Below the pieces are notes generated by a model. That model worked only from the letters and a program-made list of their open reading frames with translations, searched no databases and was not told the origin of the DNA. A program made the translations under genes and the position numbers. A DNA stretch of 64,000 nucleotides from Cyanophyceae cyanobacterium (lineage in GTDB: Bacteria > Cyanobacteriota > Cyanobacteriia > Cyanobacteriales > Laspinemataceae), in NCBI GenBank assembly GCA_038321985.1, contig JBBQFN010000001.1:128001-192000 (forward strand), read 5' to 3'. This document shows positions 45,465 to 54,327 of the stretch, one piece after another; the stretch's first letter is position 1, and every line of letters starts with the position of its first letter.

Positions 45465-46277
45465 ATGAACTGGCAAGAAATTTCAGGGAATTGGGTCCAT
45501 ATCCCCCCCCGCACTCGGGGCATTGTTCATTTCCTCGGGGGAGCATTCCTGGCGGCGGCACCCCAAGTCACCTATCGATGGTTACTCGAACAACTAAGTT
45601 TGCAAGGATATACCATCATTGCGACACCTTTTGTCAGCACCTTTGATCACGGCGCGATCGCCGTTAATATCCTGGAACGCTTCGAGTGGTGCCTTGAACA
45701 ATTGCGCCTTTCCGGTAAATTACCTAAAGGCTATCTTCCCATCTACGGAATGGGTCATAGTATGGGTTGCAAACTGCACTTGCTGATCGGCAGTTTATTT
45801 GAAGTCGAACGTGCCGGTAATATCCTGATTTCCTATAACAATTACCCCGCTCGGCGTTCGATCCCCTTCTTAGATCTTGTCGAACAATTACCCACATCTT
45901 GGGGTGCCCAATTACCCGCTGCCTTTTCTGTTGAATTCACCCCTTCTCCAGAAGAAACAAACCAGATTATTGCCCAACGTTATCAAATTAAGCGCAATCT
46001 GATCGTCAAATTTAAAGACGATACGCTTGATCAAACCCTGATGTTATTCCCCGTTGTCCAACAACGTTTTCCCAAACTCGTCTCGATGATAACCCTACCG
46101 GGAAACCATCTCACCCCCTTAAGTCAAGACCCCGGGTGGAAATCCGGCAGCGAGTTCTCCGCTTTCGATGCGATCGCTCAGTGGCTCCGCCAAGAAATGT
46201 ATCGCGAACCCGTTCGCCTCAAAGATGAAATTGTCCGATGGCTCAATCCCATCCAACCCCTTAGACCCCTAGTTTAA
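45465..46277 (+). CDS. DUF1350 family alpha/beta hydrolase-like protein
   Basis: HFLGGAF, GHSMG, EFTPSP and GNHLTP motifs; ATG 45465 preferred. Confidence 0.88.
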   Translation: MNWQEISGNWVHIPPRTRGIVHFLGGAFLAAAPQVTYRWLLEQLSLQGYTIIATPFVSTFDHGAIAVNILERFEWCLEQLRLSGKLPKGYLPIYGMGHSMGCKLHLLIGSLFEVERAGNILISYNNYPARRSIPFLDLVEQLPTSWGAQLPAAFSVEFTPSPEETNQIIAQRYQIKRNLIVKFKDDTLDQTLMLFPVVQQRFPKLVSMITLPGNHLTPLSQDPGWKSGSEFSAFDAIAQWLRQEMYREPVRLKDEIVRWLNPIQPLRPLV

Positions 46278-46292
46278 TCGCTTTTTCATCCT

Positions 46293-46934
46293 TCATCCCG
46301 CCTCCTTTTTAAGACTTACCTCGGCCCGATACAGCAGCTTATTTCCTTGTCGATATCCGCTGCTGCGGACTCTTACGATCTCCCCCGGTTCAGCGATTCC
46401 ATCCCGCAACTGGTGCTGCTGGGGATTGTAGGGAATTTCCGCACCCACCGGGGCGATCGCCTCTACTCCCCACTCTTGCAATAACCGTTCCACCGGATGC
46501 AACAATGGCAGCAGACGCACCGCAGGCAAGTCCGGATTTTGCTGGGCTGCATAGGCCGCAGTCGGCCAGTTGTGCAACCAAGATTCTAAAATATCTAAAC
46601 TTGTGAGCTGAAATTCCTGCAACAGAGACTCCCGTTGCTGCTGCATCTCAACCTGGAGGCGATCGTATTCGGTTTGCAGTGCCGAACTTTCCAGCAGAGT
46701 ATCCCCTGCCTCAACTCCTGCGCATCTGACCAATAACTCCGATAGGGTCACTTGTAAGACGTCCGCCAAGACCAGCAAGGGTTCTACTCGCATCTGCAAC
46801 GCCTTTCCCTGCCGGAGTTGCCTCACCTGCCAGTGAGAAACCCCCGCTTGACGAGCCAGCGATCGAAAGCTGGGGATTCCTACTCTTTGCATTAATCCTT
46901 GTAATTGTTGGCTGGAGTCTAGAATATCAGTCAT
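46293..46934 (-). CDS. XRE-type HTH + coiled coil + GrpE-like C-terminal domain protein
   Basis: SFRSLARQAGVS HTH; YNPQQHQ..VRVRSSGYRQGNKLLYRAEV GrpE-like beta domain; ATG 46934 preferred. Confidence 0.75.
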   Translation of the reverse strand: MTDILDSSQQLQGLMQRVGIPSFRSLARQAGVSHWQVRQLRQGKALQMRVEPLLVLADVLQVTLSELLVRCAGVEAGDTLLESSALQTEYDRLQVEMQQQRESLLQEFQLTSLDILESWLHNWPTAAYAAQQNPDLPAVRLLPLLHPVERLLQEWGVEAIAPVGAEIPYNPQQHQLRDGIAEPGEIVRVRSSGYRQGNKLLYRAEVSLKKEAG

Positions 46935-47127
46935 GAGTCCCAGGTCATCAATAAAATGTAAACTTAGATATATCGCAAGTCTAAATGAATCTGACAATTC
47001 TGGTCGCTACAATCTTGCTGATGGTGATTGCTTCATTCCAGATAGCCTGAATGATTCTGAGTCGCTCTACTATCCTGAATATCAAAAAATAACAGCAAGT
47101 CGTTACGATGAAGATGAAGAAACAACT

Positions 47128-47184
47128 TAACAACTTACTGTCGTTATTCCCCCTTTGTCGTAACGACTTACTGTCGTTATTCCC
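47128..47184. repeat. Two 24-bp direct repeats (33-bp period), each a small hairpin
   Basis: TAAC(A/G)ACTTACTGTCGTTATTCCC at 47128-47151 and 47161-47184. Confidence 0.85.
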
Positions 47185-47251
47185 GGTTTGTAATTGCTCA
47201 CCGAGAAGCCCGGTTTCTTATTTCGGGACTGTCACAGTTCTAAGAATCACT

Positions 47252-47770
47252 TTACTCTTCGAGGAGACTTCTTAACATCCATGCGGTTTTTTCATGAATA
47301 TGCATCCGCTGGGTTAATAAATCCGCCGTGGGTTCATCGTTAGCTGTATCAACAGCGGGGAAGATAGAACGCGCCGTTCGGACCACCGCTTCTTGTCCTT
47401 CCACTAACAATTGAATCATCTCTTTCGCCTTCGGTACCCCGAGGGTTTCTTCAATCGAGCTTAATTGACTGAACTCCGTGTAAGTCGCAGGAGCCGGATA
47501 TCCCAAGGCTCGAATCCGCTCGGCAATGAGATCGACTGCTAAGGCCAATTCGGTGTACTGCGTCTCAAACATCAAGTGCAAGGTCTGGAACATTGGCCCC
47601 GTGACGTTCCAGTGGAAATTATGGGTTTTCAAGTAAAGGGTATAGGTATCGGCGAGGACCCGCGATAACCCGTCGGCAATTTCTTGCCGGTCGTTTGGAT
47701 TAATGCCCGTATTGATTTTTGAGGCTTTATCTTTCTCTTTGTCTTTATCTTTGTCTTTATCTTTTGCCAT
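47252..47770 (-). CDS. dps: Dps family DNA-protection/ferritin-like protein
   Basis: KTHNFHWNVTG..FQTLHLMFE, DLIAERIRALG, EKTAWML. Confidence 0.96.
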   Translation of the reverse strand: MAKDKDKDKDKEKDKASKINTGINPNDRQEIADGLSRVLADTYTLYLKTHNFHWNVTGPMFQTLHLMFETQYTELALAVDLIAERIRALGYPAPATYTEFSQLSSIEETLGVPKAKEMIQLLVEGQEAVVRTARSIFPAVDTANDEPTADLLTQRMHIHEKTAWMLRSLLEE

Positions 47771-47829
47771 GAATCGGTCTCCTTTAGAATGAATATCTTG
47801 TTGACGAGATGACTAGGGGACGCACCCAC

Positions 47830-48090
47830 TCAGGCTAAGTGCATTTTTAGCACGGAGTGTGGAGCACGGCGGACGTTACAGCGAATGGTTTCATACCCCA
47901 GGCGTTGACAAGCCTCATAACGGTGACAACCCGAAAAGCCGTAATATTCCCCTTCTACTTCTAGCACGTCTATTGGTTCGAGCAATCCGATTTTTTGGAT
48001 GGACTCCATCAGTGTAGTGACTTTTTGGGGGTCGTTCTGGCGTGGTAATGGACGCCTAATCTTGGCAATTGGGATTTCTTGGACTCTCAT
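47830..48090 (-). CDS. srxA: Sulfiredoxin (ParB/Srx fold)
   Basis: 86 aa with PIDV and the catalytic FSGCHR motif. Confidence 0.9.
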   Translation of the reverse strand: MRVQEIPIAKIRRPLPRQNDPQKVTTLMESIQKIGLLEPIDVLEVEGEYYGFSGCHRYEACQRLGYETIRCNVRRAPHSVLKMHLA

Positions 48091-48125
48091 ATTCGTTATT
48101 TTTCAATTTTTGAGAGGATTCTTAT

Positions 48126-48154
48126 ATCATAGTCGGAATGACTATGAGTTGCAA
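48126..48154 (-). promoter_or_regulatory. srx-dps promoter with palindromic operator
   Basis: Minus strand TTGCAA-N17-TATGAT; inverted repeat TCATAGTC-N5-GACTATGA at 48127-48147. Confidence 0.7.
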
Positions 48155-48484
48155 TAAGTCAGAGGGGGGAGATTGGATAGACTGATAACTCCAGGTTTTT
48201 TCCTGAAGGCGGAGTCCATAAGAGGCTGGAGGCACTGCGGGTCCCCAGATTGAATTCGGCTATTCGCCACAACCGTAGGGGCCAGGGATGGGGTAGGGAA
48301 GAAAAAAAGATGGAAAGTCTCAGGAATTTTGACCAGAATATACAAGGATAGAATGGACGATCGCCACGGTGAGCGACTGCTTTCTTTCGAGGTTAAGGTT
48401 TTGAAATTCACGCCGTCGCACGAAAAGTAGGCCATTGTAGAGCATTTAGGGCAGATATTTAAAGAAATTAAGGGGGGTAGAACC

Positions 48485-50239
48485 GTGAAATCAACAGTAT
48501 ATCGAACACTGAATCTGGGGGTCCATTCCCTAACCGGGAGCGATCGCCTGGGGATCACCCCAGGACACCTTGTAGGCCCGTCTAGGGGAGTGAAACAGAC
48601 TCCTGTAACGCCAGCATCGAAACGGGTGCAGGGCCCATGGCTGGGGCGGATATCGGCAGTGGCGCTTACGGTGCTCTGTTTCTGGAGTATTCCAGGTTCG
48701 GGGGTCCGAGGCAATGAGGTGCCGAATCGAGAACTAGAGATTGGGGTGGTGCAGCGGTTTGGCAGCAAACCGACGGATAAGCTAATTTTGAAAGCCTTAG
48801 AAGGCGATCGCCTGTATGTCCGCTTTGAGGGGGGTGATGGTACACCTCAAACTCAAGAAGTGAGCGAAATACAGCTAGAAATTGTCATGCAACCTCTAGC
48901 CCAACCCATCCTAGAAGAACGGGTAGTGTTGAGTACCCATCGCAGTTTTGAGAATGCGGAACAGAGCGCCCATGAATGGCGGCAAAAGGGGATTGACGTA
49001 GAAATTGCCCATCCAGAACGATGGCAAGTGTGGGCTAAGCGGGAGGTGTATAGAACGCCGTTACTGCGGCGGTTGCTGATCCAAAATCTGCAAGCCGAGG
49101 GATATGAAACGGCTTTTTTGGATACGGCGATCGTGCAGCAGTCTCCCCAACCGAGTTGGGTATTTGAAGGATTCCGCTATAATCGCGATCGCCTGGAGAT
49201 TTGGTCAGGACGCGATCGGATTCAGGTTAGCCAACAAAAAGATGACCGCAACCCCAGCCTTTACCCCGGGAAACTGCGAGTACAGCCGAATGCCTACGGC
49301 AGCTTTACCTTGATTAACGAGGTTCCCATCGAAGCCTATCTGCGCGGAGTCGTCCCTCATGAAATTGGAGCCGAGGCACCCTATCCAGCAGTAGAAGCTC
49401 AAGCGATTATTGCCCGAACTTATGTGTTGCGGAACTTGCGACGATTTGAGATCGATAATTACGAGTTATGCGCCAATACCCAGTGTCAGGTTTATAAAGG
49501 AATTGGAGAGACTTGGGACCGCTCGGACCGTGCGATCGCCGCCACTGCGGGGAAAGTGCTCACTTATAACAACGAATTAATCGATGCCCTTTATTCCTCC
49601 TCCACGGGGGGGGTCACCGCCCCATTTCAAGATATGTGGGACGGTGCCGATCGCCCTTATTTGAAAGCGGTACTCGACTCCGTGGGCAATGTGTGGGACT
49701 TATCCCGCTACAGTTTAGCCAACGAGCAAAACTTCCGACGGTTTATAACCCTAGACAAAGGGTTTAATGAAGAAGAGTGGGATCTATTTCGGTGGCGGGA
49801 AGTCAGCAGCCTAGCTCAAATGAATAAAAACCTCCGGGATTATCTTCAGGAGAAGCAACATCCCCAGGCAAATTTTCAGACCATACAAGCGGTAGACGTT
49901 GTGGAAAGAAGCCCTGCGGGGCGGGCGATCGCTGTTAATGTGACCATGGATCGGGGATCAGTCACCCTGATTAAAGATGAAATCCTCCGAGCATTTTGGG
50001 CCCCCTTAAGTACCTTCTTTTATCTAGAACCGATGTATGGTGAGGATAAGATTTTTAAGGGATATGTCTTTGTCGGGGGTGGCTTTGGACATGGGGTCGG
50101 TTTGAGCCAGAGTGGTTCCCACCGATTAGCGAAATTGGGATGGACCAGCGATCGGATTCTCAAGTTCTACTATCCCGGCACCGAAATTCAACCGATGTCT
50201 GAAAACCTTATCTTGTGGCGCGATCCCTTAAATCCCTAA
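48485..50239 (+). CDS. SpoIID/LytB domain protein
   Basis: YLRGVVPHEI, AQAIIARTY, CQVY, GFGHGVGLSQ and ILKFYYPG motifs. True start probably downstream of 48485. Confidence 0.9.
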   Translation: MKSTVYRTLNLGVHSLTGSDRLGITPGHLVGPSRGVKQTPVTPASKRVQGPWLGRISAVALTVLCFWSIPGSGVRGNEVPNRELEIGVVQRFGSKPTDKLILKALEGDRLYVRFEGGDGTPQTQEVSEIQLEIVMQPLAQPILEERVVLSTHRSFENAEQSAHEWRQKGIDVEIAHPERWQVWAKREVYRTPLLRRLLIQNLQAEGYETAFLDTAIVQQSPQPSWVFEGFRYNRDRLEIWSGRDRIQVSQQKDDRNPSLYPGKLRVQPNAYGSFTLINEVPIEAYLRGVVPHEIGAEAPYPAVEAQAIIARTYVLRNLRRFEIDNYELCANTQCQVYKGIGETWDRSDRAIAATAGKVLTYNNELIDALYSSSTGGVTAPFQDMWDGADRPYLKAVLDSVGNVWDLSRYSLANEQNFRRFITLDKGFNEEEWDLFRWREVSSLAQMNKNLRDYLQEKQHPQANFQTIQAVDVVERSPAGRAIAVNVTMDRGSVTLIKDEILRAFWAPLSTFFYLEPMYGEDKIFKGYVFVGGGFGHGVGLSQSGSHRLAKLGWTSDRILKFYYPGTEIQPMSENLILWRDPLNP

Positions 50240-50243
50240 GATC

Positions 50244-50279
50244 AACAGTAGGGGCGCACCTTGGTGCGCCCCTACTGTT
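50244..50279. repeat. Perfect 17-bp-stem palindrome (GTAG-type REP-like element / bidirectional terminator)
   Basis: AACAGTAGGGGCGCACC-TT-GGTGCGCCCCTACTGTT between the convergent spoIID-like and petF genes. Confidence 0.75.
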
Positions 50280-50313
50280 TGAAAAGGGGAAGATTTGAGA
50301 GTTTGGAGTTCCC

Positions 50314-50613
50314 TTAGTAGAGTTCTTCCTCTTGGTGAGTCTTGATCGTACAGTCAGAAGTCGGGTAAGCGACGCAGGTTAAGACATAACCGGCTTCAAT
50401 TTGATCATCATCTAAGAAAGACTGGTCAGACTGGTCCACGGTACCCTGAGTAATTTTGCCAGCACAGGTGGAGCAAGCCCCAGCACGGCAGGAGTAGGGT
50501 AGGTCTAGTCCTTGTTCTTCAGCAGCATCTAAAATGTAGGTATCATCTTCCACGTCAATGGTTTGATTGAGACCTTCGGCTTCGTTGATTAAGGTGACTT
50601 TGAAAGTTGCCAT
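50314..50613 (-). CDS. petF: Plant-type [2Fe-2S] ferredoxin
   Basis: [29 protein letters not shown]. Confidence 0.98.
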   Translation of the reverse strand: MATFKVTLINEAEGLNQTIDVEDDTYILDAAEEQGLDLPYSCRAGACSTCAGKITQGTVDQSDQSFLDDDQIEAGYVLTCVAYPTSDCTIKTHQEEELY

Positions 50614-50805
50614 TTAGCGTTCTTCTCCGGATAATCGACAGGCTTATAAGTTTTACTAATACAGAGGTTACGCCGTGATTAACGCGCAAGTCTGCTACTA
50701 GGTTCAGCCTTTCTCTGATAGTAGGGGAAAAATCCGAGGTTGCAACCCCCTATGGTCCCTTTTTACCAACAAAATTTATTATAAATATTTCTAATTTAAT
50801 CCTGA

Positions 50806-51945
50806 TTGCTTATACCTAAACCAGGACCCACCCGAAAGTCAGGCCGGATACCTCCCGGGGCCAAAGTTAGGGTAGTATCGATTCTATTGAATTGGCAAAC
50901 TCCAACCTTGACGACTCCCTTTAGTTACAGTACCAATCAGTCGCCCGCCGGGGTGGGGGCAGCCCAACTCCCGATTCGGGTGGGTCTTATCGGCACAGGT
51001 TTTGTCGCCAAGCGAAGAGGGCAAAGCCTCCAAGAGGATGAGCGATCGCGCTTAGTGGCTGTAACCGGACATACTCCCGAAAAAACCGAGGAATTTGCCC
51101 AAATTTATCGCACCGTGGCGGTAAACTCCTGGGAGGAGTTGGTGGCACGGCAGGACCTGGATTTGGTGGTTATTTGCAACATCAATCGCGATCGCGAGGC
51201 GATCGTGCGAGCGGCCCTGTTAGCCAATCTCCACGTTATTGTGGAATATCCCCTCTGTCTGGATCCAGTAGAAGCGGAGAACCTGATTGCCTTGGCAAGT
51301 GCAAGGCAACGGCTGCTTCATGTGGAACATATCGAACTGTTGGGGGGAGTTCATCAGGCCCTCAAGCACTCGTTTCCTGAAGTAGGGGAAGTGGCGTATG
51401 CTCGCTACTGTACCCTCAACCCCCAACAGTTCGTGGGGCGCAAGTGGACCTATAACCGAGAGTTATTTGGCTTTCCCTTAAGTGCAGCCCTCTCGCGTCT
51501 ACACCGCCTGACGGATTTATTGGGTACAGTCGCCACAGTCAGTTGTCAAAGCCGGTTTTGGGAGGTGGCGACGGAACCGGAGTTTTTTCGGGCTTGTTTG
51601 TGTACCGCTCAGTTACGGTTTACGAATGGGGCGATCGCGGACGTTATTTATGGCAAAGGAGAAACCTTCTGTGCCAGCGAACGGAAATTTGAAGTGCATG
51701 GAAGTCAGGGAACCTTGATATTTGATGGAGATCAGGGTCAACTGGTGCGATCGGGGGGGATCACTCCCCTCGAAGTCGGGTCCCGACAGGGGTTGTTTGC
51801 CAAAGATACCCAGATGGTCCTGGATCATCTAACCCAGGGCCTCCCCTTGTATGTCGATCCTCAGGCGAGTCTCTATAGCCTTAAAGTTGCAGACGCAGCC
51901 CGTCGTGCGGCGGAAACTGGAACCACGATTGCCCTGGATAACTAG
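50806..51945 (+). CDS. bvdR: Biliverdin reductase-like Gfo/Idh/MocA oxidoreductase
   Basis: VGLIGTG, VEYP, HVEHIELLGG and FGFPLSAALSR motifs. True start likely downstream. Confidence 0.8.
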   Translation: MLIPKPGPTRKSGRIPPGAKVRVVSILLNWQTPTLTTPFSYSTNQSPAGVGAAQLPIRVGLIGTGFVAKRRGQSLQEDERSRLVAVTGHTPEKTEEFAQIYRTVAVNSWEELVARQDLDLVVICNINRDREAIVRAALLANLHVIVEYPLCLDPVEAENLIALASARQRLLHVEHIELLGGVHQALKHSFPEVGEVAYARYCTLNPQQFVGRKWTYNRELFGFPLSAALSRLHRLTDLLGTVATVSCQSRFWEVATEPEFFRACLCTAQLRFTNGAIADVIYGKGETFCASERKFEVHGSQGTLIFDGDQGQLVRSGGITPLEVGSRQGLFAKDTQMVLDHLTQGLPLYVDPQASLYSLKVADAARRAAETGTTIALDN

Positions 51946-52080
51946 CCTCCACCCAAGGGTTGAGGTCAAAGTAGCCCTAACTGGGGCTAGGATAAAAGAG
52001 GTAATGTCGGGGCTGTTTTTTTTGATGCTAATAGAATAGATAAACGTAACCGTTCCAATCCGCAATCAAAGGGAGTTAAT

Positions 52081-52644
52081 ATGGGCGCGAGTCTCCAACA
52101 AATCGCCGATTATCTGGACAACCGGGCTTGGCAATACGAGATCGATCCCGAACATCACCGGATTATCACCGGCGTCCAAGCCGAAAATCTGGAAAGTTTC
52201 CCGATCGTGATCCAACTCGATGAAGAGGGAGAATTTTTTAAATTATTTGCACCGAAAGTGTTGTCTGGAATTAGTAATCATCCTTACAAAGAATCAATTC
52301 TCCAAACCATGTTATGCATTTCCTGGGAAACGAAAATGCTGCAATGGGAATACGACCCCACCGATGGAGAAATTAGAGCAATCATCGAATTTCCCTTAGA
52401 AGATTCAATTTTGACCGAGAGACAATTTAATCGCTGTTTAAGTGGATTAATTCAAATTGTGGATGATATTGCCATGCCCCGGCTTAGAACCGTCATGGAA
52501 ACGGGGAAAGACCCGGGGGATGAAGATATTGGAGAACGGCTGCTGTTGACGTTACAAGAAGAAGCACCCGGACTGCTAGACCTTTTAGAAAAAGCGATGC
52601 AAGCTCGGAAAAAACGAGGAATTTTGCCCTCGGATCATTTTTGA
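52081..52644 (+). CDS. Conserved cyanobacterial protein (YbjN/T3SS-chaperone-like fold)
   Basis: RBS GGAG; WEYDPTDGEIRA..LEDS pattern. Confidence 0.6.
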   Translation: MGASLQQIADYLDNRAWQYEIDPEHHRIITGVQAENLESFPIVIQLDEEGEFFKLFAPKVLSGISNHPYKESILQTMLCISWETKMLQWEYDPTDGEIRAIIEFPLEDSILTERQFNRCLSGLIQIVDDIAMPRLRTVMETGKDPGDEDIGERLLLTLQEEAPGLLDLLEKAMQARKKRGILPSDHF

Positions 52645-52709
52645 ATTTTGAATGGCGATCGCTCCGGTAATCCTAAGCTGCGATCGCCTGGGGGATGAAA
52701 GGGGAAGCA

Positions 52710-54089
52710 TCAACGGCCTAAATGATTGGGAATGTCGCCACACCCTCCGGGGACCGTTTCTCGGGTTCGGGAACCACCCCAGGAACAGATATAGTAGCGT
52801 TGACTTTCAGATATCCGCTCGACGTTAGAGAAATTTGTATTCTCAATCACGGCACCAGTATGTTCGCCCGTTTGATAGTTGGGCCGTTTAGTGCGGCTAC
52901 GCGGGGAAGCGGTTTCTACTGGTCCGTAAAAGAAGCGGGCCGAGTTGATATCCGCACCGGAAAGGTTGGCTTCATACAAGATCGCGCGCGCGAGGTTAGC
53001 TTTAACTAAATCACAATCCTGGAGATCAGCGCGGACGAGATTCGCTTCGCTCAATTCAGTCCAGCGTAGATCCGTGCCCGCAAGGTCAGAACCCGCTAAC
53101 ATGACGCCTAGAGCGATGACCCGGACCCCATCAACGCGGTCTTCGGCATAGCCTCCGTCACCGTCGAGAATGGGACGACCAAGATGGCGATCGCGCATTA
53201 GGGGGGTCAATAGCCTAGCCTGGGACAGAAATCGGATAATTTTGGCTTTCCCTTCACTATCAACGGAAGCGAAAATCGCCGCAGTTCGTCCTTCTGCGAT
53301 CGCCCGTTCTTGGGGCCAGTCCTCTAGCAATCCTTCTTCGTTTAAGGCCAAGTCAGACACCCCTTGAAAGTAGGTATCAATGGTTTGCTGTTGGGTAATC
53401 CGGTTTTGCTGAATGGTGAGTTCTTTGGAAATAACATACTGTCGCCATGCTACATAGACAGCGATAATCGCAATCAGGATTTGACCCAACGCACCCACAA
53501 TTTCCCCAACCGCCCCGATCGCCTCCCAGTTAATTTGGATATTCCGGCTTCCTGGTTCCTGATTGGAGCCACTGAGCATCAGCAAGCCAACAATTCCCGT
53601 CAGCAGTCCCACAAAGGCAATAACAACCGCACGCCAAGGGTGGGGGACTAACTGGATCCAAATGCGACTCCAGTTCGGCCAGATGATTCGCAAGGAGATC
53701 GCAAATGTGGCAACGGCCCCGGCGAACCCTAACCAGACATTATCGATCGCCAAACCCAGAACCATGACGGCGATCGCGATCAGAACTAGAAGTCCCCCCG
53801 GACTAGGGGGCTGAGTGGTGGACGACAGGGGCAAGGACGACGAAAGATTCTTGTTGCCGACGTTCTGTTGGAGTTCATCCAACTCTTCTAACAAATCGCT
53901 TTCCCTTGAAGTGGGTAAGGCAACCGCGTTGTTACTCGGGGTGCGATGGAGTTCCGGGGTAGCATTTCCCGTCGATCCGCTCGTGCGTTCGCGAATAACC
54001 GGGTCGTTTCCTCTCCCTGAAGGGTTGGCCGAGGAGGAGTTGTCTCTAGGGTTGGGGTTAGACGGGTTAGAGGGGGGCTCGGGATTCAT
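52710..54089 (-). CDS. Membrane protein with C-terminal pentapeptide repeats
   Basis: Disordered N-terminus, about 4 TM helices, A(D/N)L repeats. Confidence 0.85.
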   Translation of the reverse strand: MNPEPPSNPSNPNPRDNSSSANPSGRGNDPVIRERTSGSTGNATPELHRTPSNNAVALPTSRESDLLEELDELQQNVGNKNLSSSLPLSSTTQPPSPGGLLVLIAIAVMVLGLAIDNVWLGFAGAVATFAISLRIIWPNWSRIWIQLVPHPWRAVVIAFVGLLTGIVGLLMLSGSNQEPGSRNIQINWEAIGAVGEIVGALGQILIAIIAVYVAWRQYVISKELTIQQNRITQQQTIDTYFQGVSDLALNEEGLLEDWPQERAIAEGRTAAIFASVDSEGKAKIIRFLSQARLLTPLMRDRHLGRPILDGDGGYAEDRVDGVRVIALGVMLAGSDLAGTDLRWTELSEANLVRADLQDCDLVKANLARAILYEANLSGADINSARFFYGPVETASPRSRTKRPNYQTGEHTGAVIENTNFSNVERISESQRYYICSWGGSRTRETVPGGCGDIPNHLGR

Positions 54090-54327
54090 GGTTTTGAGAG
54101 GGCAGAGTAAGCTACTGCCGTGGAGGATTGGAATAGCCTAAAATGGCTTTGTAGAAGATTGTACCTAACCGGGGCAGGATCTGGGTTGACCTTTAGGCAG
54201 AAGGGAATGAGGGAGGGTTCAAAGTTGAGTATGAGGTCGCCGAATCGCCGCTCGCAAGAGGGAAGGAGGATATAGTGGCAAGTTACGCAGGGAATGGGCC
54301 GGATGCCTCCAGTTGTGAGAGGGTCTG

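Noticed and set aside
47128..47184. Mini CRISPR array
   Set aside because: Only two repeats, a 9-nt spacer, and no cas genes or leader.
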